Source of the DNA: a virus
Taxonomy: Duplodnaviria > Heunggongvirae > Uroviricota > Caudoviricetes
Virus record (IMG/VR): IMGVR_UViG_3300033074_000961
Strand: one strand, 5' to 3'
DNA length: 18,880 nt
The notes beneath the pieces are model-generated. The model was not told where the DNA came from and did no database searches. It saw only the letters and a list, made by a program, of their open reading frames with translations. Below are positions 7,367 through 14,613 of this stretch, one piece after another. A program made the position numbers and the translations under genes. Each line of letters opens with the position of its first letter. The stretch's first letter is position 1.

Positions 7367-7527
7367 GGGATGAGATGGGACGAAAAGGTATCGAAAGACG
7401 CCGAGTACAGCTAGCAGGAAAGGTGAAAAAATATGTCAGCAAAGGCATACTTGAGTAGGTATCGTAGTACTGGTCATCTACTTCTGATTGCTCAGAAGGG
7501 CGGGTTCAATTCCCGACCATCCCGCCA
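7367..7527 (+). ncRNA. 161-nt structured RNA with a tRNA-like acceptor and T-arm
   Basis: 5' GGGATG pairs with 3' CATCCC, G-CCA end, CGGG-TTCAATT-CCCG T-arm, several internal hairpins; flanked on both sides by the spacer ATTTAT. Confidence 0.75.
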
Positions 7528-7533
7528 ATTTAT

Positions 7534-7608
7534 GGGTGTGTAGCTCAGCGGAAGAGCAGGCGTCTCTAAAACGTTTGGTCGTGGGTTCAAATCCCACCAC
7601 ACCCGCCA
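7534..7608 (+). tRNA. Amber suppressor tRNA (CUA), copy 2
   Basis: GGGTGTG/CACACCC, GCTC/GAGC, GGCGT-CT CTA AA-ACGTT (anticodon 7566-7568), GTGGG-TTCAAAT-CCCAC, G73-CCA. Confidence 0.95.
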
Positions 7609-7628
7609 ACAAAACACAAAACAAGTAT

Positions 7629-8102
7629 ATGAATAACCTAACGATACAAATCAACAGTCTGGAAGCACTTGAACGTCTCATTGGTGGTGATGCTCAAGTG
7701 GAAGTCGAAGTCCGCAACTCGGTGGTACAGAAGTTTGCCGAGAAGCATCTCAAACCCCTCGCAAATTGCGAACCTATTACAGCAACCTTGAATGCTATCA
7801 AGGCAGAAATTTTGAAGATTGTACAGGAGAAGTGTGAGAAGGACATCGCCACATTCAAGAACGATTGGTACGGCAGAATTAGTGATGTGAAGCTCCGTTC
7901 CGAAATCAAGTCAGAAATTGATAGTCAAGTTCGCAATGTGGTGGATGATACTATCAGAAAAGCAGTGGATGAAGCAATCAAATTCTGGGCTAATAATGCC
8001 GAGCTTGAGAAACGGGTGGAGAAGAGATTTGAATACTATACCACAGAGCATATCAATGCTACGGTGAAAGCACGTCTCGAAAAGGTCAAGGCATCGCTCT
8101 AA
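7629..8102 (+). CDS. Hypothetical helical protein
   Basis: Start moved to ATG 7629 (MNNLTIQ), after the tRNA and an AC-rich leader. Confidence 0.8.
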   Translation: MNNLTIQINSLEALERLIGGDAQVEVEVRNSVVQKFAEKHLKPLANCEPITATLNAIKAEILKIVQEKCEKDIATFKNDWYGRISDVKLRSEIKSEIDSQVRNVVDDTIRKAVDEAIKFWANNAELEKRVEKRFEYYTTEHINATVKARLEKVKASL

Positions 8103-8107
8103 TCTAC

Positions 8108-8135
8108 TTGACTTCCACCGATGGTGTGGTATAAT
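8108..8135 (+). promoter_or_regulatory. Sigma70-type promoter, leaderless
   Basis: TTGACT-16 nt-TATAAT with TGn extension; ATG 8142 lies 6 nt downstream. Confidence 0.85.
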
Positions 8136-8141
8136 GAGACA

Positions 8142-8969
8142 ATGAATAAAATCACGCTCATAATCCCTGACCTTCATCATCGGTGGAGACAGGCAGAGAA
8201 AATCATCTCCTCGGTGGGTGCTGACGAAATAATCTTTCTCGGCGACTACTTTGATGATTTTGACGACACTCCTGATGATGTCAAGGAGACGTGTGATTGG
8301 CTAGAGTCTTCGGTGGCAAAACCCAATCGAATTCACCTGTTTGGCAATCATGACCAACACTATGCATTTCCATATCGCACTTTTCAGTGTAGCGGATATG
8401 CTCAGTGGAAGTATTTCATCATCCATGACCGAATTGAACCGAAGTTGTGGGACAAGGTGAAATGGTATCATTTTCTTGATAATCGGTGGTTGATAACTCA
8501 CGCAGGACTTCATAAGTTTAACGTGCCCGACCACATCAAGAAACACCGCACCGACCGTGCCAAGTTTATTCAAGAGCTAAGTGGATATTTGGACCACGAG
8601 ATTCGTAAAGGATTTCAAGATGGTGCCAATAGCAAAAGCAATTGGGTATTCAATGCAGGTCATGCCCGTTGGGGACAACAGCGGGTGGGTGGTATTACAT
8701 GGTGTGACTTTGAGAGGGAATTCTTCCCAGTTCAAGGAATCAACCAAATTGTAGGGCACACTCCACAAGGATTAGGGTTCCCCAAGTGGTGCTTATTGAA
8801 TAATAATGGAAAAGTTTCGTACCCTCCATATGACAAGTATGCACCGACAGTAGAAATGCTGGACGATCCAGACCTGTCCGTAAACATAGACCTAGATGTA
8901 CATGGAAATACGCATTGGGGTGTATGGAATGGGCGGAAACTGACAGTCGGCAACTACATGGACTTGTAG
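8142..8969 (+). CDS. Calcineurin-like metallophosphoesterase; ends in TAG
   Basis: PDLH, GDYFD, GNHD, THAG and GHT motifs; track start 8121 lies within the promoter. Confidence 0.92.
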   Translation: MNKITLIIPDLHHRWRQAEKIISSVGADEIIFLGDYFDDFDDTPDDVKETCDWLESSVAKPNRIHLFGNHDQHYAFPYRTFQCSGYAQWKYFIIHDRIEPKLWDKVKWYHFLDNRWLITHAGLHKFNVPDHIKKHRTDRAKFIQELSGYLDHEIRKGFQDGANSKSNWVFNAGHARWGQQRVGGITWCDFEREFFPVQGINQIVGHTPQGLGFPKWCLLNNNGKVSYPPYDKYAPTVEMLDDPDLSVNIDLDVHGNTHWGVWNGRKLTVGNYMDL

Positions 8970-9001
8970 TTCACTACTTATAACTGACAGACCTCCAGAT
9001 T

Positions 9002-9054
9002 TGTCAAAGGACTTTTTATAAAGTCCTTGACATTTTTCAAAATTCAGGTAAATT
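9002..9054 (+). promoter_or_regulatory. Promoter with overlapping inverted repeat
   Basis: TTGACA (9027-9032)-16 nt-TAAATT; IR TGTCAAAGGACTTT-TTAT-AAAGTCCTTGACA (9002-9032); ATG 9063 lies 8 nt after the -10 box. Confidence 0.65.
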
Positions 9055-9062
9055 GAACGTGT

Positions 9063-9689
9063 ATGAATGGAATAGCAACCAAAGCAATTGTGCTCAAGCT
9101 CAACCGACTCTGGAAGCCGGTAGGAGTTGGCACTGTCGGAAAGACCATCTGCGACATGATGACAGGTGTGGTCCTTGGCATGGACATTGTTTATGCTACG
9201 AATCCCGACGGTACGCCAAACTTTGACGAGCAAGAGTACGTCAACCCCGTCTCTTGGGACGAGTGGATGAAGCTGCCCGTACATCCGTGGCATCTGTGCA
9301 TCCATTCGGCGAAAATGACTATCCGTATTCCTACGGTTGTCATTACCGCCAAGTACTCCAAGGTTCATGAGAAGAAGTTCAAGGGCAAACCTACCAAGGA
9401 AGCTCTCTTCATCCGTGACAATGGTATTGACGGTTACACCGGCAAAGAGCTGGAGTACGAAGACGCAACGATTGACCACGTTGTTCCGACCTCCCGTGGT
9501 GGTGCTGACACTTACGACAACGTAGTGCTCACCAGCAAGGAGATCAACAACAAGAAGGGCAATAAGTTGAACTCTGAGGCGGGACTAACGCTGTTGGTCA
9601 ACCCTCACAACCCGAAGCCGGTCAAGGTCTCGCACACGATCCGAAAGGCTCGTCACCAAGACTGGAAGAACTTCTTGGTTGTAAAGTAA
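9063..9689 (+). CDS. HNH endonuclease-like protein
   Basis: VLKLNRLWKPV N-terminus, IRD, TIDHVVPTSRGG, NVV, NNKKGNK. Confidence 0.9.
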   Translation: MNGIATKAIVLKLNRLWKPVGVGTVGKTICDMMTGVVLGMDIVYATNPDGTPNFDEQEYVNPVSWDEWMKLPVHPWHLCIHSAKMTIRIPTVVITAKYSKVHEKKFKGKPTKEALFIRDNGIDGYTGKELEYEDATIDHVVPTSRGGADTYDNVVLTSKEINNKKGNKLNSEAGLTLLVNPHNPKPVKVSHTIRKARHQDWKNFLVVK

Positions 9690-9697
9690 GAATCACA

Positions 9698-9727
9698 AAC
9701 CCCGCCTTTGGGCGGGGTTCTTTGTTT
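9698..9727. terminator. Bidirectional intrinsic terminator
   Basis: AACCCCGCC-TTTG-GGCGGGGTT followed by a T-rich tract, between convergent HNH and gmd genes. Confidence 0.85.
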
Positions 9728-10815
9728 TAGGACTCCAAATCTTTTTTCACCATCTTCTGCACCAATTCCTTAAAGTTGGTCTGGGGGTTCCATCCCAACT
9801 CGGTTTTGATTCTTGTTGGATCACCCATCAATTGCTCCACTTCGGCGGGGCGATAATTGGCCGAATTGATTTTGACCAAGACAATTTCTTTGAATGGATC
9901 TGAAAAATTGGGTAGGCGATATGTTTCTTCGAGACCCTTATCGGTCCAGAATCCCTCAATACCTGCTGCTTTGAATGCTTCCTGAACAAACTCCCGAATA
10001 CTATGTGATTCGCCAGATGCGACAACATACTCTCGAATTTGTTGCGAGTCTTGATTCAGCATTTTCCACACCGCAATAACACAATCCTCGGCATCCGACC
10101 AATCACGCATGGCATCAAGGTTTCCAAGTTCCATTGGCACGACTGTTCCAGTCTTCAGTTCTTCAGTAATTCGTGCTACATTCTTGGTAATCTTTCGTGT
10201 AACGAATTCCTCACCCCGACGAGTACCTTCATGATTGAACAACCATCCTTGAACTGCGTACAGACCATAGGATTCACGATATACCTTTACCAACTGACGT
10301 GCTGCTGCTTTGGATGCTCCATACGGTGAGCGAGGACGCATCGGATGTTTTTCATCTTGCGGTGAGTACACCACGTCTCCAAACTCTTCACTTGAACCCG
10401 CATTGTAGAAGCGGCATCCCGGGCAGTGGAGACGAATGGATTCAAGAATATGAATCATCGAAGTAGTATTGGTCTCCCACGTCTGGGCCGGGAAGTCCCA
10501 CGATGACTTAACGAATGACTGTGCGGCGAAATTGATGAAATATGATGGTTTTAATTGGCTAACAGTCTGTGCGATGGAATGGGCATCGGTGAGATCAAAG
10601 TTGATTAAGTGAAATCGAGGGTTGTCTTGAAGGTGGTCCACATTTTCGTGGTTGGATACACTGAGGCGACGTGCTCCACCGAAGACTTCATAATCGGTAT
10701 TTGCAAGCAGATAATCTGCCATGAATGAACCATCCTGCCCTGTAACGCCAGTGATGATTACAACTTTTTTGTCTTTAGCAAACTTAGTTGCCTCCTCAAT
10801 ACTGAGTATTCTCAT
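9727..10815 (-). CDS. gmd: GDP-mannose 4,6-dehydratase
   Basis: IITGVTGQDGS, AAQSFV, SSEEFG, YGASK, FNHEG.RRGEEFVTRKIT, LGNLDA.RDW, RPAEV; start probably ATG 10815 (GTG 10836 possible). Confidence 0.95.
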   Translation of the reverse strand: MRILSIEEATKFAKDKKVVIITGVTGQDGSFMADYLLANTDYEVFGGARRLSVSNHENVDHLQDNPRFHLINFDLTDAHSIAQTVSQLKPSYFINFAAQSFVKSSWDFPAQTWETNTTSMIHILESIRLHCPGCRFYNAGSSEEFGDVVYSPQDEKHPMRPRSPYGASKAAARQLVKVYRESYGLYAVQGWLFNHEGTRRGEEFVTRKITKNVARITEELKTGTVVPMELGNLDAMRDWSDAEDCVIAVWKMLNQDSQQIREYVVASGESHSIREFVQEAFKAAGIEGFWTDKGLEETYRLPNFSDPFKEIVLVKINSANYRPAEVEQLMGDPTRIKTELGWNPQTNFKELVQKMVKKDLES

Positions 10816-10844
10816 AATTTCGTAACTTTCTTGCACGGGTTGTC

Positions 10845-11021
10845 CTATTCATACATAGGTACGTATTCATAGATCAGCTCGCCATCTTTGTTAAAATAAC
10901 AGAACCAGTAACCACAGCGTTTGCCGTGGTAATCTTTACGTGCCAATTGTAACCATTCTTTGTACCATTCTTGTTCCCACCACTCAGGCGTCTTTGAAAT
11001 AATCTTCGTCGTCTCCGTCAT
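10845..11021 (-). CDS. Small Trp/Tyr-rich hypothetical protein; start uncertain; ends in TAG
   Basis: Fills the gap between the 10984 gene and gmd; overlaps the upstream gene by about 40 nt. Confidence 0.45.
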   Translation of the reverse strand: MTETTKIISKTPEWWEQEWYKEWLQLARKDYHGKRCGYWFCYFNKDGELIYEYVPMYE

Positions 11022-11457
11022 CATCGTCATCATCATTTTTACTGTTCTGACGATGAAACTTAGTAAAGTCATCCTCGGAAAGGCCGAGGACATTAACGAG
11101 ACTGTTGATGAAATAACACAGCGACATTTTATCATAGTTCTTTTCAGACATTTTGTGTGCAAGGACCATGATTAACCTATTCAATTCGGGCATTCTGGCA
11201 ATGATTTTTTTATCAATACCAAGGCTTTCCGCAACTTCTTGCGGACTTACTAGGCCCGGAATCTTGTTATTCTGTACTGCTTCGTTAATTTCAGAGACGA
11301 TTTTCTCCTGAAGCATTTTCCCGATTTGTTGTTCACTCTTACCGAGTCTTTTGTACCGAGAAAAGTACTTGTTGATGTCGTCTTCTGTTATCTTTTTAGC
11401 AACAGAAAATGATGTCAGAACCCCCATCTGATTTAGTATATGGATTGGTTGAGTCAT
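10984..11457 (-). CDS. Hypothetical protein with acidic C-terminal tail
   Basis: Start moved to MTQPIH (11457), just after the upstream stop and a TATTTAT motif. Confidence 0.7.
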   Translation of the reverse strand: MTQPIHILNQMGVLTSFSVAKKITEDDINKYFSRYKRLGKSEQQIGKMLQEKIVSEINEAVQNNKIPGLVSPQEVAESLGIDKKIIARMPELNRLIMVLAHKMSEKNYDKMSLCYFINSLVNVLGLSEDDFTKFHRQNSKNDDDDDDGDDEDYFKDA

Positions 11458-11463
11458 ACTACA

Positions 11464-11470
11464 ATAAATA
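11464..11470 (-). promoter_or_regulatory. TATTTAT motif, candidate late promoter
   Basis: 6 nt upstream of ATG 11457. Confidence 0.4.
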
Positions 11471-12250
11471 TCACCAACGAGACTTAGGAGATATTTCTTC
11501 TGCTCCCTGAATCCAATCCGCATCAAATGTATGATTTCCACGGCGTATGTATCCACGTCCACATTCAAATGTACAATTCAGACATAGAAGTTGAAGGTTA
11601 TCTAAAGCAAAATTCCTCCTGTCGCCGTCCTTGTGGTCTAATAAAAGGGCAATCTTATTGTCCACGATTCTTCTTTTATCATACCCACAAATATTGCATT
11701 TCGGTGGGAATGTACCACTTCTGATAAGCTTATCCTTTACCATCCAATCCGAAACTGCTTTATTGTCTCTGAATTCACCAGCAAGTATTCTGGTTAATGG
11801 GAATTTTCCCTTTTCGGGGTCAAAAAACCTGACCTTTCCAGTCTGATCGGGTAGAGCAGGTTCATAAATTCCGTAAAGCTTAGCATATTTCTTATAGGTA
11901 TCAAACGATACACCGAGCAATCTTGCTTGTTGCGCTGCGAATGGGGACTTCTTCTTTACTTCTTCAATTTCGCTCTGGAGAAGTGGACGGAATCCACGAC
12001 CACGTTTCAATTTTTTCGGCGGTGCAGGTAAAAGTCCATTACTCTCAAGAATTTCTTGTGGAAGTTGGGTTTCATCAAGAATCTTCTTAGTTTCCAACTC
12101 ATGAACTTTTTTCTCCATTTCCTCTACTTTTTTGTACAGGACAGCAACCAACCGTTCATCGCCAGTTGCAGTTTGAAGACTAGGAAGAGTCCCGAGATTA
12201 GGACTTTCCTGACTTGCCGTTGGAGGGTTTTGATGATCTTGGGGTTCCAT
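11471..12250 (-). CDS. HNH endonuclease with N-terminal HTH-like region
   Basis: QARLLGVSFDTYKKYAKLYG (HTH-like), CNICGY, LDHKDGDRRN...NLQLLCLNC. Confidence 0.8.
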   Translation of the reverse strand: MEPQDHQNPPTASQESPNLGTLPSLQTATGDERLVAVLYKKVEEMEKKVHELETKKILDETQLPQEILESNGLLPAPPKKLKRGRGFRPLLQSEIEEVKKKSPFAAQQARLLGVSFDTYKKYAKLYGIYEPALPDQTGKVRFFDPEKGKFPLTRILAGEFRDNKAVSDWMVKDKLIRSGTFPPKCNICGYDKRRIVDNKIALLLDHKDGDRRNFALDNLQLLCLNCTFECGRGYIRRGNHTFDADWIQGAEEISPKSRW

Positions 12251-12563
12251 GTAACGGTTCTTTGGCTAGGTCACATTTTGTTTGCATTTTGAATTTTTCT
12301 CTGAGCTGTTCTGCTTTATTATAGCACCCAGCATTGACAAGAATCCAATACGAGTTGTATAGCACAGATTTCTTAGGGGTCTTTTTATCCCAGCATTCAG
12401 TCACGGCACGAACAATGCCATATTTCTGCTTTCTAGTAACTTCAACCGCTCGGGTAGCAGCTTCAAGAAGTGGATCATCAAATATATCAGTGTCCACGTC
12501 GAACTCCTGCACATTATCGGCGGTTAAACGTACTACAATATTCTTAATCGTTGAGGATTTCAT
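12198..12563 (-). CDS. Hypothetical protein
   Basis: Start moved to MKSSTI (12563) to limit overlap with the helicase. Confidence 0.65.
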   Translation of the reverse strand: MKSSTIKNIVVRLTADNVQEFDVDTDIFDDPLLEAATRAVEVTRKQKYGIVRAVTECWDKKTPKKSVLYNSYWILVNAGCYNKAEQLREKFKMQTKCDLAKEPLHGTPRSSKPSNGKSGKS

Positions 12564-14172
12564 AGTTTTTCGCATAAGCAAGGTCTCCATCGTTGAGTAG
12601 GTCCAGATTGTCCAGTTTTTGCTGAACGTTTCGGCAAACGTTTTCCTCAACGGTATTGGCGACACACACAATACGCTGGACACTCTTGGTTTTGGCATCA
12701 TCTCTCCAAATACGTCCAAGTGCCTGTCTCATAAATACTGGCGAGTAGGACGGAGAAATGATACTCATGCGAGGAAAATTGCCATTCAAATCATGTAAGC
12801 TCAATCCAGCACCGCCAGATTGTACGTTAACTAAAATAACTCTTTCTTTGTCTTCTTGAAATAATTCAACGTTTCGGTCCCGAACTTTGTCGGAAGTCTT
12901 GCCGTCGAAGATACAAGTAGTACCTAATCGAGCAGCAAGGGCATTGAGTGTTTCAGTGAAATTGACAAATACGGCAACTGAGAAACCTTCTTCTTTGGCT
13001 TCCTCGATCATATCCACGAAAAGGGGAACTTTGATGAGTTCAATTTGTTGACGAGCACGGAGTTGAATGGTGAGTTCACTCTCACCATCACCTTTTTTGA
13101 TACGTTCCAACTTTGCCAACTCTCGTTCCATGTCACCATAGATTTCATTGATCTTGTTGGCATCCTCTTCGTCCATGTTATAGACTTCGGGAATGATTTC
13201 ACAAGCAGGAAACCCGGGAATGTCGTCACGACGTAGGCGAACCCCACGTTGACCGAAGATGATATGATGAAGTCTCTTGAGAATCTTAGGGTCATTGTTA
13301 AATTCAAGTCCCCAATTGCCCTTATAGACCCCGTTCTCGTATGCCCACTCGTAGTAGGCTTGCCCGTTCTTGTAAATCTTGAGCGCAAGACCCACCGCAC
13401 GCATTTCGAGGGGGTTTGTAGCATTGGTTGCCGAGCAGAAGAGCATCGGATACCCAGCCTTAATGCCATCAACACATCTCTTGGCATTTTGAGTTTTCCA
13501 GTTTTTGAGTTTCTGAGACTCGTCAAAGACAATCAGAGTATTCTTGGGGAGTTTCCAGTTGAACTTCTTTCGCTTGGTTTTCCGGTCCAAAACGAAAGAG
13601 GCAATCGGTGAATCGGGGCGTCCACGGATAAGTTTCTCATAGTTGATAATACCTACCAACTTGTCCTTCATCTTGAAGTGCTTTTTGATTACCTTAGTCC
13701 ACGATTTGATGACTGCTTTAGGACATACGACACAAATGTTCAATCCCAACTCACGGGCAACAGCAACAGCAGTATAGGTTTTACCAGTGCCCGTATCCGA
13801 TCCGTCAATAGCAGCACCCCAATGATTGATTGCCGAGCAAAGTTTACCAGCAGCATCTATTTGCCACGGGCGCAATCCGCTTATGTCTTTGATTTTGTAT
13901 TCGGGGAGAATGAACTTGTCTTCAGGCTTCGGTGGAGCATCCTTAAAGATTTTGAAGAGAGCGGCGTCGTCTTTAGTTTCGTATAGATACCACTTTCCTG
14001 TCTTTTCGCTCTTTTTGACAGTGAACCCATCAGCAAGCATCTTGAAGCGATTCTTCTTCCAGAACCCAAAGAAAGCACTAAGCATATCCGGTGGAATACA
14101 CCACTCCCTACGCCATTTACTGGCGAAACCTTCACGCACGGTATAGGGGGCACTCCAACGAATGTCCAACAT
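12544..14172 (-). CDS. Superfamily 2 (SNF2-like) helicase
   Basis: LRPWQ Q-motif, DTGTGKT Walker A, VCPKAV, FDESQK, SAT, SGGAGLSL, QALGRIWR; start probably MLDIRW (14172). Confidence 0.92.
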   Translation of the reverse strand: MLDIRWSAPYTVREGFASKWRREWCIPPDMLSAFFGFWKKNRFKMLADGFTVKKSEKTGKWYLYETKDDAALFKIFKDAPPKPEDKFILPEYKIKDISGLRPWQIDAAGKLCSAINHWGAAIDGSDTGTGKTYTAVAVARELGLNICVVCPKAVIKSWTKVIKKHFKMKDKLVGIINYEKLIRGRPDSPIASFVLDRKTKRKKFNWKLPKNTLIVFDESQKLKNWKTQNAKRCVDGIKAGYPMLFCSATNATNPLEMRAVGLALKIYKNGQAYYEWAYENGVYKGNWGLEFNNDPKILKRLHHIIFGQRGVRLRRDDIPGFPACEIIPEVYNMDEEDANKINEIYGDMERELAKLERIKKGDGESELTIQLRARQQIELIKVPLFVDMIEEAKEEGFSVAVFVNFTETLNALAARLGTTCIFDGKTSDKVRDRNVELFQEDKERVILVNVQSGGAGLSLHDLNGNFPRMSIISPSYSPVFMRQALGRIWRDDAKTKSVQRIVCVANTVEENVCRNVQQKLDNLDLLNDGDLAYAKNYEILND

Positions 14173-14191
14173 AACTAATTGGTGAGAATGA

Positions 14192-14500
14192 TTAGTTACC
14201 GAACTCGTCTCTTTGCCAGAGCTGGAGATTAGTGATGTCACACTTCATTCGGCGAGAAACGCCTGCGTCATCACGAATTACACCCATCTCAAACATGTCT
14301 GCCATAGAGCGAACAAATGTTACGGAGTTGGTATCGTCATATCCATGCCCACATTCTTCGAGCAGGACCATTCGTTGCTTGCGGGTTTGACCGAAGGCAC
14401 GAAGAGACATGCTTTCAAGATATTGAACGGCTTGAGGATATGATGGAAACCTCTTTTCAACAGGAGGTCGTAACGTTGTATCAACAATGTAGATTGTCAT
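14192..14500 (-). CDS. Hypothetical protein
   Basis: Start at ATG 14500 preceded by AAGGA. Confidence 0.7.
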   Translation of the reverse strand: MTIYIVDTTLRPPVEKRFPSYPQAVQYLESMSLRAFGQTRKQRMVLLEECGHGYDDTNSVTFVRSMADMFEMGVIRDDAGVSRRMKCDITNLQLWQRDEFGN

Positions 14501-14613
14501 AGTTTTCCTTTTGTGTATGTGTCGTATAACATATGATGCCACAACACATTATCGTGGCGTCATTATGCCTTAAATCTAAAGAAGAATCAACTTATTTTAT
14601 CGAGTTTTTATAC

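Noticed and set aside
7367-7527. tmRNA, tRNA-Sec, group I intron or hammerhead as the identity of the 161-nt RNA
   Set aside because: No G3-U70/A73 alanine identity or tag ORF and too short for tmRNA; no UCA anticodon arm; too short for a group I core; no CUGANGA box
6353-7608. Pyrrolysine tRNA
   Set aside because: The loop CUCUAAA matches, but both tRNAs have normal D-loops, 5-bp anticodon stems and TTC T-loops; no pyl genes in the window
7488-7628. Open frame through the second tRNA-CUA into the 7629 gene
   Set aside because: Bounded by TGA 7485, with no promoter-linked start, no amber and no missing domain; not comparable with the Pth2 case
14534-14562. Hairpin TGATGCCAC-N11-GTGGCGTCA upstream of the 14500 gene
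   Set aside because: No U-tract, single copy, weak neighbouring promoter (TTGATT-17-CATAAT); no function supportable
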